Below are positions 16,999-26,396 of a stretch of DNA of 64,000 nucleotides, one piece after another (positions within the stretch are counted from its first letter, which is position 1; each line of letters starts with the position of its first letter). The notes beneath the pieces were generated by a model, which was not told the origin of the DNA, searched no databases, and was given only the letters and a program-made list of their open reading frames with translations. Source of the stretch: Flavobacteriales bacterium (GTDB lineage Bacteria; Bacteroidota; Bacteroidia; Flavobacteriales_F; PHOS-HE28); the NCBI GenBank assembly GCA_039933875.1, contig JBDTNF010000188.1:53-64052 (forward strand), in the 5' to 3' direction. The position numbers and the translations under genes were made by a program.

Positions 16999-18639
16999 TT
17001 GATGGCAAAGAAGAAGAAACCCGCCCCGCGCAAGACGAAGCCTTCGCCCAGGAAGGTCGCCCGCACCGCAAAGTCCACCCCGAAGGCCTCTGCGGTGAAG
17101 AGGTCCGCGAAGACCCCGCCCCGGAAAAAGGCTGCGCCCGTGAAGCGTGGCGTAAAGGCGAAGAAACCCGCCAACCTCCTCAAGGGCATCAGCGACATCC
17201 GCCGCTTCTTCCACCGCAACGAGGTGCCGCTCTATTTCATCAGCGCCACCAACTTCAACCTGCTGGGGGCGGATGAGTGGATCAAGGGCTTCAAGTTCAT
17301 CACCTACATCGACTGCTTCGATGGGCTGCACCCGAACCTGATGAGCCCGCGCACCGAGGAGCCGCACGAGGAGTTCCAGAGCATCGAGGACATCAACAAC
17401 TACCTCCTCGTGCACAGTGAGGTGCGCGACTTCATCGTCTCAAGGAAGAAGAACGCGAAAGCCGGCAAGGCGATGTTCCTGATGTTCGATGAGAAGACCG
17501 AGGCGCTGGCGAAGAAGGCCGGGCTGGAAGTGATCTTCCCTTCGGCCAGAATGCGCACGTTCATGGACAACAAGGTGAACACGAACCGCGTGGCCGAGAA
17601 GGCCGGCGTGCCGTGCGTACCCTATGTCCTCAGTCCGGTGAAGAACTATGCGCACTTGAACAAAGTCGCGAGCAAATTGGGCACCGACCTCGTCGTGCAA
17701 ACGCCTTTCGGGGACAGCGGTCATACCACCTTCTTCATCAAGACCGCGGAGGATTATGCCAAGTACGCCGCCGAGATCGAGGCGGAGAAGGAGTGCAAGG
17801 TGATGAAGCGCATCAACTGCCGCGGCGCCGCCATGGAAGCGTGCGTTACACGGCACGGCACCATTGTCGCACCGTTGATGACGGAGCTCGTCGGCTTCAA
17901 GGAACTCACCCCGTACAAGGGCGGCTGGTGCGGCAACGAGATCTTCGCGGACACGTTCACGCCGGCGATCCGGCGCAAGGCACGCAAGTACGCACAGCTC
18001 TTCGGCGACCAATTGCGCAAGGAGGGCTACACCGGCTACTTCGAACTGGATTACCTCATTGACCAGGACAATGGCAAGATCTACCTCGGCGAACTGAACC
18101 CGCGCATCACGGGTGCCAGCAGCATCACCAACCACGCCGTGTTCGCCCTGAGCGATGCGCCCCTGCACCTCTTCCACATCCTGGAGTGGATGAACACACC
18201 GTACGAACTGAGCGTGAACGCGCTGAACCGCCGCTGGTCGAAACCGGAGAACATCGACAGCTGGGGCCAGATGGTGATCAAGCACACGCACGACGACATC
18301 GAACGCGTGACCGAAGCACCGCGCAGCGGGATCTGGCGCATGCGCCCGGATGGGAGCATCTACTTCTGGCGCATGGACACACACCGTCGCTACGTGGAGA
18401 ACGAGAACGAGGCCTTCTTCCTGCGCATCACCCGCGTGGGCGACTGGCTCTACGAAGGTGCGGACATGGGCATCCTGGTGATGCGTGGCCGCATGATGAC
18501 CGACGAGTTCCAACTCACCGAGCGCGCGAAGAAGGCGCTCGCCGCGATCAAGGCGCAGTACAAGAGCGTGGCACCCGGCGCGCACGGAACCAATGGGCAC
18601 GAGCACCTGTTGGAGATCGGCGGGTTCAAGATGATGTAA
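16999..18639 (+). CDS. ATP-grasp ligase with a ~60-aa histone-like Lys/Pro/Ala-rich N-terminal tail
   Basis: The N-terminus is MMAKKKKPAPRKTKPSPRKVARTAKSTPKASAVKRSAKTPPRKKAAPVKRGVKAKK. A GWCGNEIF segment is present, and the ATP-grasp catalytic E-x-N-x-R motif appears in YLGELNPRITG. Confidence 0.6.
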   Translation: MMAKKKKPAPRKTKPSPRKVARTAKSTPKASAVKRSAKTPPRKKAAPVKRGVKAKKPANLLKGISDIRRFFHRNEVPLYFISATNFNLLGADEWIKGFKFITYIDCFDGLHPNLMSPRTEEPHEEFQSIEDINNYLLVHSEVRDFIVSRKKNAKAGKAMFLMFDEKTEALAKKAGLEVIFPSARMRTFMDNKVNTNRVAEKAGVPCVPYVLSPVKNYAHLNKVASKLGTDLVVQTPFGDSGHTTFFIKTAEDYAKYAAEIEAEKECKVMKRINCRGAAMEACVTRHGTIVAPLMTELVGFKELTPYKGGWCGNEIFADTFTPAIRRKARKYAQLFGDQLRKEGYTGYFELDYLIDQDNGKIYLGELNPRITGASSITNHAVFALSDAPLHLFHILEWMNTPYELSVNALNRRWSKPENIDSWGQMVIKHTHDDIERVTEAPRSGIWRMRPDGSIYFWRMDTHRRYVENENEAFFLRITRVGDWLYEGADMGILVMRGRMMTDEFQLTERAKKALAAIKAQYKSVAPGAHGTNGHEHLLEIGGFKMM

Positions 18640-18730
18640 TGAGAGTGGTGAGTGGCGAGTCGCGAGTGGTGAGTGGCAGCTGCGGGGGCAGACTCACCAC
18701 TCACCACTCACTACTCGCCACTCAATAAAG
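18640..18730. repeat. REP-like long imperfect hairpin built of GAGTGG/CCACTC units, copy 1, directly after a stop codon
   Basis: The left arm GAGTGGTGAGTGGCGAGTCGCGAGTGGTGAGTGG is complementary to ACTCACCACTCACCACTCACTACTCGCCACTC. It shares the 14-mer ACTACTCGCCACTC with the copy at 48862-48940. Confidence 0.6.
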
Positions 18731-18738
18731 AGAGAGCG

Positions 18739-19731
18739 ATGTACGTACAACTCAAACTCGTCAAAGAGCCCTGGCCCAGCGACCGCTGGCAGACCTTCTT
18801 CGATCGCGCGTGGCCGCTGTTCCGCATCTGGTACGTGAGCGAAGGCGAGAACGCACGCCCCGACCTGGTGACGTGCCGTTCGCTGTTGGAGCTGCACATG
18901 CCGGAGCTGATCCCGGTGTACAACAGCCTGTGCCGCCTGGCGAACAACGACGACATGGCCTGCCGTTTCCTGAGCATGTGGTGTCCGCCGCCCTACATGG
19001 CCGGCTGCTCGCAAGTGGCCTGGACGAAGGGCAACCCCACGCTCATCCGCAACTACGATTTTGATCCGCGCTATTTCGATGGGCGCATGCGCTACACCGA
19101 ATACTGCAAGCCGGTGATCGGCATCCAGGACAGCGGCTGGGGCTTGCTCGACGGCATGAACGCGGACGGGCTCGCCGTGGCACTGGCCTTCGGTGGACGC
19201 AAGGTGAGCGGCACCGGCTTCGGCATTCCGCTGGTGATCCGGTATGTGCTGGAGACGTGTGCCAACGTGGAAGAAGCGTGCGAGACCCTTTCGCGCATCC
19301 CCGTGCACATGGGCTACAACGTCACGGTGCTGGACAAGAGCGGCAAGTATGCCACGGTGTACATGAACCCGGACCGACCGGCGCAGGTGGTGTACCAGCA
19401 GGCGGCCACCAACCACCAGCACCAGGTGGAGTGGGACGAGTACGCCGCGTTCACGCACACCATCGAGCGCAAGCATTTCCTCGAAGCCTGCGTGGCCGAG
19501 CCCAAGTTGGACCGTGCCGCGCTCATCAAGCGCTTCCTGAAACCGCCGTTGTACAGCCAGCAATACCTGCGCGGCTTCGGCACGCTGTACACGGCGGCCT
19601 ACGATGTGGGGAAGGGCAGCGTGAAGATCATCTGGCCGGAGAAGCAGGTGGAGGCCAGCTTCAAGAAGTTCGAGGAGCAGGAGGTGAAGGTGATCCTGCT
19701 GCGACCCGTCGGGCGGTACCTGGCGAAGTAA
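18739..19731 (+). CDS. peptidase C45-like Ntn-hydrolase / acyl-CoA:6-APA acyltransferase family protein
   Basis: A putative autoprocessing Gly-Cys site occurs in PPYMAGCSQVAWTKGNPTLIRNYDF. The size of ~330 aa is typical of the C45/AAT family. Confidence 0.4.
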   Translation: MYVQLKLVKEPWPSDRWQTFFDRAWPLFRIWYVSEGENARPDLVTCRSLLELHMPELIPVYNSLCRLANNDDMACRFLSMWCPPPYMAGCSQVAWTKGNPTLIRNYDFDPRYFDGRMRYTEYCKPVIGIQDSGWGLLDGMNADGLAVALAFGGRKVSGTGFGIPLVIRYVLETCANVEEACETLSRIPVHMGYNVTVLDKSGKYATVYMNPDRPAQVVYQQAATNHQHQVEWDEYAAFTHTIERKHFLEACVAEPKLDRAALIKRFLKPPLYSQQYLRGFGTLYTAAYDVGKGSVKIIWPEKQVEASFKKFEEQEVKVILLRPVGRYLAK

Positions 19732-19776
19732 ATGCGAAGAAAGGCAACCGCAAAGACGCTAAGACGCCAAGAGGAG

Positions 19777-19814
19777 TTCCTTTGCGCCTCTGCGCCTTGG
19801 CGGTTCACTACCAC
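19777..19814. repeat. 38-bp direct repeat, left copy, flanking the GxxExxY gene
   Basis: TCCTTTGCGCCTCTGCGCCTTGGCGGTTCACTACCAC aligns with 20211-20248 at about 34/38 identity. Confidence 0.65.
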
Positions 19815-19819
19815 ATGGT

Positions 19820-20203
19820 ATGAACGAGAACGAACTATCAAAGCACATTGTCGATGCAGCTTTGACGGTGCACCGGGCGCTTGGACCCGGCCTGCTCGAG
19901 AGTGTCTATGAACATTGCCTTGCCTTTGAACTCCGTGAACGCAGACTTCAGGTGCTCCAACAGCAGGCATTGCCCGCGCACTACAAGGGCGTTGCGCTGG
20001 ACCTTGGGTTTCGGATCGACATCTGGGTCGATGGCAAGGTGGTTGTGGAGGTCAAGGCTGTCGATGCCCTGAACGATGTCCATCTGGCCCAGGTATTGAC
20101 CTACTTGAAGCTGAGCGGCAACACGCTTGGCTTGCTGGTCAATTTCAATGTCGTTCTATTAAAGAGTGGGATACGACGGGTGGTGAACGGCCTCTCGGAA
20201 TAG
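19820..20203 (+). CDS. GxxExxY family protein (PD-(D/E)xK nuclease superfamily mini-gene typical of intervening/repeat contexts)
   Basis: GPGLLESVYEHCLAFEL contains the G-x-x-E-x-x-Y motif. The ORF is 127 aa and is flanked by near-identical direct repeats. Confidence 0.7.
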   Translation: MNENELSKHIVDAALTVHRALGPGLLESVYEHCLAFELRERRLQVLQQQALPAHYKGVALDLGFRIDIWVDGKVVVEVKAVDALNDVHLAQVLTYLKLSGNTLGLLVNFNVVLLKSGIRRVVNGLSE

Positions 20204-20210
20204 CGTGTCT

Positions 20211-20248
20211 TCCTTTGCGCCTCCGCGCCTTTGCGGTTCACTCTCCAC
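20211..20248. repeat. 38-bp direct repeat, right copy, flanking the GxxExxY gene
   Basis: TCCTTTGCGCCTCCGCGCCTTTGCGGTTCACTCTCCAC. It ends 13 bp before the ALDH start codon. Confidence 0.65.
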
Positions 20249-20261
20249 GTAGTTTCGCGTC

Positions 20262-21686
20262 ATGTATCGCAACGCCAATTTCATCAACGGCAGCTGGATC
20301 GAGACCGGCGACAGCACCTTCAACACCGTCATCGACAAGTACCACGGCACCGAGCTGGCGCGGATACCGAACGCTACCGAGGCACAGATGGAGGAGGCGA
20401 TCGCCGCTGCCTATGCGAGCCGCGATGCTGTGCGCAAGCTGAGCGCCGGTGAACGAAGCGCCAAGCTCGAAGCACTGGCCGCGTTGATAATGAAGCATGA
20501 GGACGAGCTGGCCGCGCTCATCGTGAAGGAAGGCGGCAAACCCATCGGTTACGCGAAGGCGGAGATCGCACGTTGCATCACGACAGTGAAGACCGCCGCT
20601 GCGGAGGCATTGCGCTTCACAGGCGAGAGCGTGGCGCTCGACTACGGTGCCGGTGCTGGAAAGACGGCCTTCACGAAGCGCTTCCCGATCGGCGTCATCG
20701 CGGCGATCACACCGTTCAACTTCCCCTTGAACCTCGTGCTGCACAAGGTGGCACCAGCGCTGGCTGTGGGTTGCCCGATCGTGCTGAAGCCCGCACCACA
20801 AGCCCCGCTCAGTGCGCTGGCGCTGGGCAAATTAATCGAAGAAGTGGGCTGGCCAAAGGGCGCGTTCAACGTGCTCCTGGGCGGTATTCCTGTCGCAGAG
20901 AAATTGGTGAAGGACGAGCGGGTGGCCATGCTGAGTTTCACCGGGAGCGACAAAGTGGGCTGGCACTTGAAGAGCATCTGCGGCAAGAAAAAGGTCGCCT
21001 TGGAACTGGGCGGCAATGCATCGGTGATCGTGGACGAAGGCGTCGATCTTGCGGCCATCGCGAAGACCGTTGCGATCGGTGCGAACATCTATTCCGGCCA
21101 GACCTGCATCAGCACACAGCGCATCTATGTGGTGAAGAGCGCATTCACCCAGTTCCGTGATCTGCTGGTGAAGGAATACGCCGCCCTGAAGGCCGGTGAT
21201 CCCGGTGATGCGTCCGTTACCATCGGCCCGATCATAGACAAGGGCCACTTCGAACGCATCAGCGCATGGGTGGATGAAGCCGTGAAGGGTGGGGCGCAAG
21301 TACTCTCCGGCGGAAAGCCCATCGATGCGGCGCGCAACGTGTACGCGGCCACCCTGCTCACCGGAACGAAGCGGGACATGAAGGTGACTTGTGCCGAGGT
21401 CTTCGGCCCTGTGGCGATCCTGGAGGAAGTGGCGGACTTCGACGAGGCGATCGCCCGCGTGAACGATTCCACCTACGGTTTGCAGGCGGGCGTCTTCACC
21501 GATTCGGTGGCGCACATGAAGCGCGCGCATGACGAATTGGAAGTGGGCGGCATCATCGTCAACAACGTTCCAGGCTTCCGCGTGGACAGCATGCCCTACG
21601 GTGGCATCAAGGACAGTGGCCTTGGCCGCGAAGGCGTGAAGTACGCGATGGAGGAGATGAGCGAGCCGCGGCTGATCGTGTTCTGA
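20262..21686 (+). CDS. NAD(P)-dependent aldehyde dehydrogenase
   Basis: The ALDH signatures ELGGNA and the catalytic Cys context GQTCIS are present. The protein is 474 aa. Confidence 0.85.
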   Translation: MYRNANFINGSWIETGDSTFNTVIDKYHGTELARIPNATEAQMEEAIAAAYASRDAVRKLSAGERSAKLEALAALIMKHEDELAALIVKEGGKPIGYAKAEIARCITTVKTAAAEALRFTGESVALDYGAGAGKTAFTKRFPIGVIAAITPFNFPLNLVLHKVAPALAVGCPIVLKPAPQAPLSALALGKLIEEVGWPKGAFNVLLGGIPVAEKLVKDERVAMLSFTGSDKVGWHLKSICGKKKVALELGGNASVIVDEGVDLAAIAKTVAIGANIYSGQTCISTQRIYVVKSAFTQFRDLLVKEYAALKAGDPGDASVTIGPIIDKGHFERISAWVDEAVKGGAQVLSGGKPIDAARNVYAATLLTGTKRDMKVTCAEVFGPVAILEEVADFDEAIARVNDSTYGLQAGVFTDSVAHMKRAHDELEVGGIIVNNVPGFRVDSMPYGGIKDSGLGREGVKYAMEEMSEPRLIVF

Positions 21687-21833
21687 GTACCCTCGCTCCG
21701 GCCTGCTGGCTTGGACATTGCCCGCGGGGTGATTAGTTTGGCAAGCCTTTGATCGCTTCGGCCCGGGAGACTTCGTTGCTGTGAGCTGTATTGTGCGGGG
21801 TCGTTCGTGCTGAGTCCACTAGCCCTGACCGCC

Positions 21834-24800
21834 ATGAAGCACAACAGACCCCGCCGGAAAACCTTGATCACCTTGTTCGCCACCACGGCGGTACTTGGGC
21901 TTTCCGCCTTCGAGACCTTCGAACGCAGCAACGACGAGGGCATTGCGAAACAAGCGGTACCGGTCAGCGACTTCACCAATTTCGAGTCGGCCCATGTGCA
22001 CCCGATCGACAAGACCCCTGATGGCACGAAGCTGCTGGCGGTGAACACGGGCAACAATTCGCTCGAGGTTTTCACGATCACTGCTACCGGGATCCTTCAT
22101 GCAGCCACCATTCCCGTCGGTCTCGACCCCGTTACCGTTCGGGTGCGCACCAACAACGAGGCCTGGGTGGTGAACACCGTGAGCGACGAGATCAGCATCG
22201 TGGACCTCACCTTGAAGGCCACCATACGCAGTCTGGCGACCGAGAACGAACCGGCCGACGTGGTCTTCGCCGGATCGCCGCAGAAGGCTTTTGTTTCCTG
22301 TGCTGAACGGGAGAGCGTGCAGGTGTTCGACCTGGCGAACCTCAACAATGCACCGACGGAAGTGCTGCTGAAAGGCGAGCAGCCCCGCGCGTTGGCGGTG
22401 AGCCTCGACGGCAGCACGGTCTACTGTGCCTTCCTCGAGAGCGGCAACCAGACCACGGTGATCCCGGGGAACGCATTCCATGCGGCGGGATTTTGCTCCG
22501 TGCAGACGGGTGCCTGTTCCACCATTCCCAACGTGGTCGCCAACCCTGCCGGGCCTTATGCCGGAGCTGTCCCGGTCCCAAATTCGGGTGCTTCCGGTTT
22601 CAACCCGCCGATGAACCCGAACAACCCGGCGCCGCCGGGTAACAACAGCCTGGTGGTGCGCAAGAACGCCGCCGGACAGTGGATGGATGCGAACGGTCGC
22701 AACTGGACCAACCTCGTTTCCGGAGGCTTGCCCAACACCATGCGCATGGCCGGTTGGGATATGCCTGACCGTGATGTGGCGTTGATCAATGCGAACAGTC
22801 CTTCCACCGCGAGCACGACCTACAAGACCCATCTTGGCAATATCCTGATGGCCATGTCGGTGCATCCGAGCGGTGAGGTGTTCGTGGTGGGCACCGACGC
22901 CACGAACGAGATCCGTTTCGAGCCCAACCTCCGGGGCAAGTTCCTGCGTGTGAACGTTTCCCGCTTCACCACCGGCAATCCCACGATCACGGACCTGAAC
23001 CCGCAGATCAACTACGGCACGCATACGTCCGCACCAGCGATCCGCCAGCAGGCGATCGGTGATCCACGCGGCATCGTTTGGAAGGCCGATGGTAGCAAGG
23101 CATACGTAACGGGCATGGGCTCCAACAACGTGATCACGATCAACGCGACCGGCGCACGCACCGTGCCCGACCCGATCGAAGTGGGAGAAGGCCCAACGGG
23201 CATCGTGCTGGATGAAGCGCGCAACCGGGCTTATGTGTTGAATAAGTTCGACGCGTCCATCTCGACCCTCGACCTTGCCACCGACAAGGAGACGGCGCGT
23301 ACCGCGTTCTTCGACCCTACGCCGTTGGTGATCAAGAACGGGCGCAAACGACTATATGACACGCACCTCGGCTCGGGCCACGGTCACATCGCTTGTGGCT
23401 CCTGCCACGTGGATGGCCGCTGGGACCGCCTTGCCTGGGATCTGGGAAACCCCGCAGGGGACATGGTCACGGTGAACGACCCGGCAGGCAACAAGACCTA
23501 TCACCCGATGAAGGGTTTGAAGACCACCCAATTTCTGATCGACATCATAAACCGCGGCACCGGCAAGCTTCACTGGCGCGGCGACAAGGGCGGCTTCCAG
23601 GATTTCGCCGGTGCGTTCCGCGATCTGCAGGGGAACGACGTGCCGCTCGATGTGACTGGCATGCAGGAGTTCAGTGACTTCCTCGCCGCGACGTGGTACG
23701 TGCCCAACCCCTATCGCACCATCCGGCCTGACAGCAGCGTGGCGGCTTCCGTGGAGCGGATGAACAGTCCGGACCGTGTGCGCGGTATCGGTACCAGTTT
23801 CCAGACGGTGCCCATCGCGGGTGTCAAGATCTTCGTCGCGGTCAATGTCAACTGCTCGCATTGTCACCAGACCGGATCCGGTCGCGGGCATCTACCGGGC
23901 AATGGGTCCAACACGAACCAAGGCACCCAAGTGAACATGACCCTGAACCAGAACATGGTGCCCGATCTTCGATCCGCTTACCGGAAGAACGGCTTCTTCT
24001 ACAACACCACCGAGTGCACTTCAGGCTTCGGGATGATGTCCGATGGCATCTTCGCCACGGACTTCAGCCAGGCGGGCACATCGACCTACCTGGGTGACTA
24101 CGAGCCGGAGTTGCTGAGTTGGTCCGGTGGCATCACCCCGGTCAACAGTCCGGGCAGCCAGACCTTCGATCTGGTGCATCCCACCCAGGATGCGCTTCCC
24201 GCCGTAGGGACACGGATGACCATCAACGGAAGCATCGGTAGTGTGAACCGGGTGACGAGCATGAAGACCTACATGGCGGAGAAGTACCCGACCGACTATG
24301 CATTGGTGGTGAAGGGCATTTACAACGGGGAACAACGCGGCTTCTACTACCTCGGCGGCAACAGCTACCAGAGCGACCTCGCCAGCCAGACGGTCACACA
24401 CGCCCAATTGATCGCGTCCGCACAGGCGGGGAATCCGCTCACCTGGACGATCGTGCATCCCAGCACCAAGATCCGCCATGGCGTGGACCGCGATAGCGAT
24501 GGCATCTTTGACTACGTCGATGGCGACGTGGAACTCGATCTCGCCTTGTTGCTGGAGGGGGCGATGAGCGGCACCACGATGCGCAGCGACCTGAAGACGA
24601 ACGGTCTCCTCCCCAACATTGATCCGTATGGTACGGGCGCAACGCTGAGCCCGGCCCTCCTGGCGCGCAGCGGTTCCAGCGCTCCTGTTGATTGGGTGCT
24701 GGTGGAACTGCGCGATCCCACTAACAACACGACCGTGGTGGATGAGCTCGCCGCGATGGTCCTGGCGGATGGCCGCGTGGTGATGCCTTCAGGCCGGGCA

Positions 24801-25232
24801 CCTCTATTGTTCCCGAACGCGACGCGAGGGGCGTACTACGTGGCGGTGAGACACCGCAACCACTTGGGGGCGATGACCCTGGCAACGCAACAGTTCGGGA
24901 CCGGTGTGCGCGGTGTGGACTTCCGGGATCCCGCCCTGGCGACCTGGGGCACCGAAGCGCGCAAGTTCCTCAGTGGACTCTACGCGCTCTGGGCGGGCAA
25001 CACATACGGCGACGGTGTGCTGCGTTACACGGGCGCGGAGAACGACCGTGACCCCATCCTCGTACGGATCGGGGGAGCCGTTCCCACAGCGACCGTGGCA
25101 GGCTACCACATCGAGGATGTGAACCTCGACGGCTCGGTGCGTTACACCGGCACCAACAATGATCGCGATCCGATCCTGGTGAACATCGGCGGTACCGTAC
25201 CTACCAACACACGGACGGAACAACTGCCCTGA
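21834..25232 (+). CDS. large secreted protein: N-terminal YVTN/lactonase-type beta-propeller, central di-heme cytochrome c (two CxxCH), C-terminal repeated RYTG..NDRDPILV.IGG units
   Basis: A signal peptide MKHNRPRRKTLITLFATTAVLGLSAF is present. YVTGMGSNNVITINATGA is propeller-like. Two haem-binding motifs are seen: HIACGSCH and NCSHCHQ. Confidence 0.55.
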   Translation: MKHNRPRRKTLITLFATTAVLGLSAFETFERSNDEGIAKQAVPVSDFTNFESAHVHPIDKTPDGTKLLAVNTGNNSLEVFTITATGILHAATIPVGLDPVTVRVRTNNEAWVVNTVSDEISIVDLTLKATIRSLATENEPADVVFAGSPQKAFVSCAERESVQVFDLANLNNAPTEVLLKGEQPRALAVSLDGSTVYCAFLESGNQTTVIPGNAFHAAGFCSVQTGACSTIPNVVANPAGPYAGAVPVPNSGASGFNPPMNPNNPAPPGNNSLVVRKNAAGQWMDANGRNWTNLVSGGLPNTMRMAGWDMPDRDVALINANSPSTASTTYKTHLGNILMAMSVHPSGEVFVVGTDATNEIRFEPNLRGKFLRVNVSRFTTGNPTITDLNPQINYGTHTSAPAIRQQAIGDPRGIVWKADGSKAYVTGMGSNNVITINATGARTVPDPIEVGEGPTGIVLDEARNRAYVLNKFDASISTLDLATDKETARTAFFDPTPLVIKNGRKRLYDTHLGSGHGHIACGSCHVDGRWDRLAWDLGNPAGDMVTVNDPAGNKTYHPMKGLKTTQFLIDIINRGTGKLHWRGDKGGFQDFAGAFRDLQGNDVPLDVTGMQEFSDFLAATWYVPNPYRTIRPDSSVAASVERMNSPDRVRGIGTSFQTVPIAGVKIFVAVNVNCSHCHQTGSGRGHLPGNGSNTNQGTQVNMTLNQNMVPDLRSAYRKNGFFYNTTECTSGFGMMSDGIFATDFSQAGTSTYLGDYEPELLSWSGGITPVNSPGSQTFDLVHPTQDALPAVGTRMTINGSIGSVNRVTSMKTYMAEKYPTDYALVVKGIYNGEQRGFYYLGGNSYQSDLASQTVTHAQLIASAQAGNPLTWTIVHPSTKIRHGVDRDSDGIFDYVDGDVELDLALLLEGAMSGTTMRSDLKTNGLLPNIDPYGTGATLSPALLARSGSSAPVDWVLVELRDPTNNTTVVDELAAMVLADGRVVMPSGRAPLLFPNATRGAYYVAVRHRNHLGAMTLATQQFGTGVRGVDFRDPALATWGTEARKFLSGLYALWAGNTYGDGVLRYTGAENDRDPILVRIGGAVPTATVAGYHIEDVNLDGSVRYTGTNNDRDPILVNIGGTVPTNTRTEQLP

Positions 25233-25239
25233 TCCTCGA

Positions 25240-26256
25240 TCAGGCGTCCCGCTTCTCGATCGCTTCCACCCGCTCGACCAGCTTATCGAGGTTGCGGAAA
25301 TGGATGTAGCTCTTGCGGTACTTCTGCACCTCGAAGGCCGGTGAACCCATGTAAGCCTCGCCCGCTTTGGTGTTCTTGCTGATGCCGCTCTGCGCCGCGA
25401 TGATGGTACCATCGGCGATCTTCAGGTGACCGATGATGCCCACCTGCCCGCTGAACATGCAGTTCTTCCCGATCTTGGTCGAACCCGCCACCACACCGCC
25501 CGCCGCGTAGTACGTGTTCTCCCCCACCTCCACATTGTGCGCGATGTGGATGAGGTTGTCGAATTTGACGCCCTTCCGCAGGATCGTCGAACCGAGCGTG
25601 GCGCGGTCGATCGCACAGTTCGCACCGATCTCCACGTCGTCCTCGATCACCACATTGCCGATCTGAGGGATCTTCTGCCCACCATCTGGACCGGTCGCGA
25701 AGCGGAACCCATCGCTCCCGATCACGGTGCCGCTGTGGATGATCGTTCGAGCACCGATCACACAGTCCGAATAGATCTTCACACCGGCGAAAAGCGTGGT
25801 GTTGTCCGCGATCGTCACGTTGTCGCCGACGTAGCACTGGGGGTAGATCTTCACGTTGTTGCCCAGCCGGACATTCTCGCCGATGAAGGCCAGCGCACCG
25901 ACGTAGCAGCTATCACCCAGCTTGGCGCTCTCCGCGATCGCGGCTTGTGGCGATACGCCCTTCTTATCGAGCTTGATCTGGTTGTACATCTCCAGCACCT
26001 TCGCGAAGGCGCCCTGCGCGTCGGCCACACGCACCAACGTGGTCTTCACCGGGGCTGTTAGCGGGAACTCCTTGCCGATGATCACGACGGAGGCGGTGGT
26101 GCCGTACACGTATTGCGCGTAGGCTGGATTGGCCAGGAACGACAGTGACCCCTCGCCACCCTCCTCGATCTTCGAGAGCTTGTTGACGACGGCGTTGTCA
26201 TCCCCTTCCACGGTGCCTTGGAGGAGTTGGGCGATCTGGGCGGCGGTGAATTGCAT
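25240..26256 (-). CDS. lpxD: UDP-3-O-(3-hydroxyacyl)glucosamine N-acyltransferase
   Basis: The N-terminal MQFTAAQIAQLL... region and long left-handed beta-helix hexapeptide repeats are present. The start at 26256 gives 338 aa. Confidence 0.8.
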   Translation of the reverse strand: MQFTAAQIAQLLQGTVEGDDNAVVNKLSKIEEGGEGSLSFLANPAYAQYVYGTTASVVIIGKEFPLTAPVKTTLVRVADAQGAFAKVLEMYNQIKLDKKGVSPQAAIAESAKLGDSCYVGALAFIGENVRLGNNVKIYPQCYVGDNVTIADNTTLFAGVKIYSDCVIGARTIIHSGTVIGSDGFRFATGPDGGQKIPQIGNVVIEDDVEIGANCAIDRATLGSTILRKGVKFDNLIHIAHNVEVGENTYYAAGGVVAGSTKIGKNCMFSGQVGIIGHLKIADGTIIAAQSGISKNTKAGEAYMGSPAFEVQKYRKSYIHFRNLDKLVERVEAIEKRDA

Positions 26257-26396
26257 GGGGTACGATCTGATGGCGTGAAAGGTAGGGCGGCGACGTTGGT
26301 TCCTTTCGGGCGGGAGGTAACCAACGCGGGCCACCTGCCGTATCCCGAAAAAGGCCTTCCCCGAAAGGCAATGGAACCCCAACCTGAAAGCATCCC

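Noticed and set aside
25228-25244. short hairpin CCTGATC-ctc-GATCAGG between the convergent large heme protein gene and lpxD
   Set aside because: It overlaps both stop codons, is only 7 bp with a 3-nt loop, and has no T-tract. It is too weak to call a terminator.
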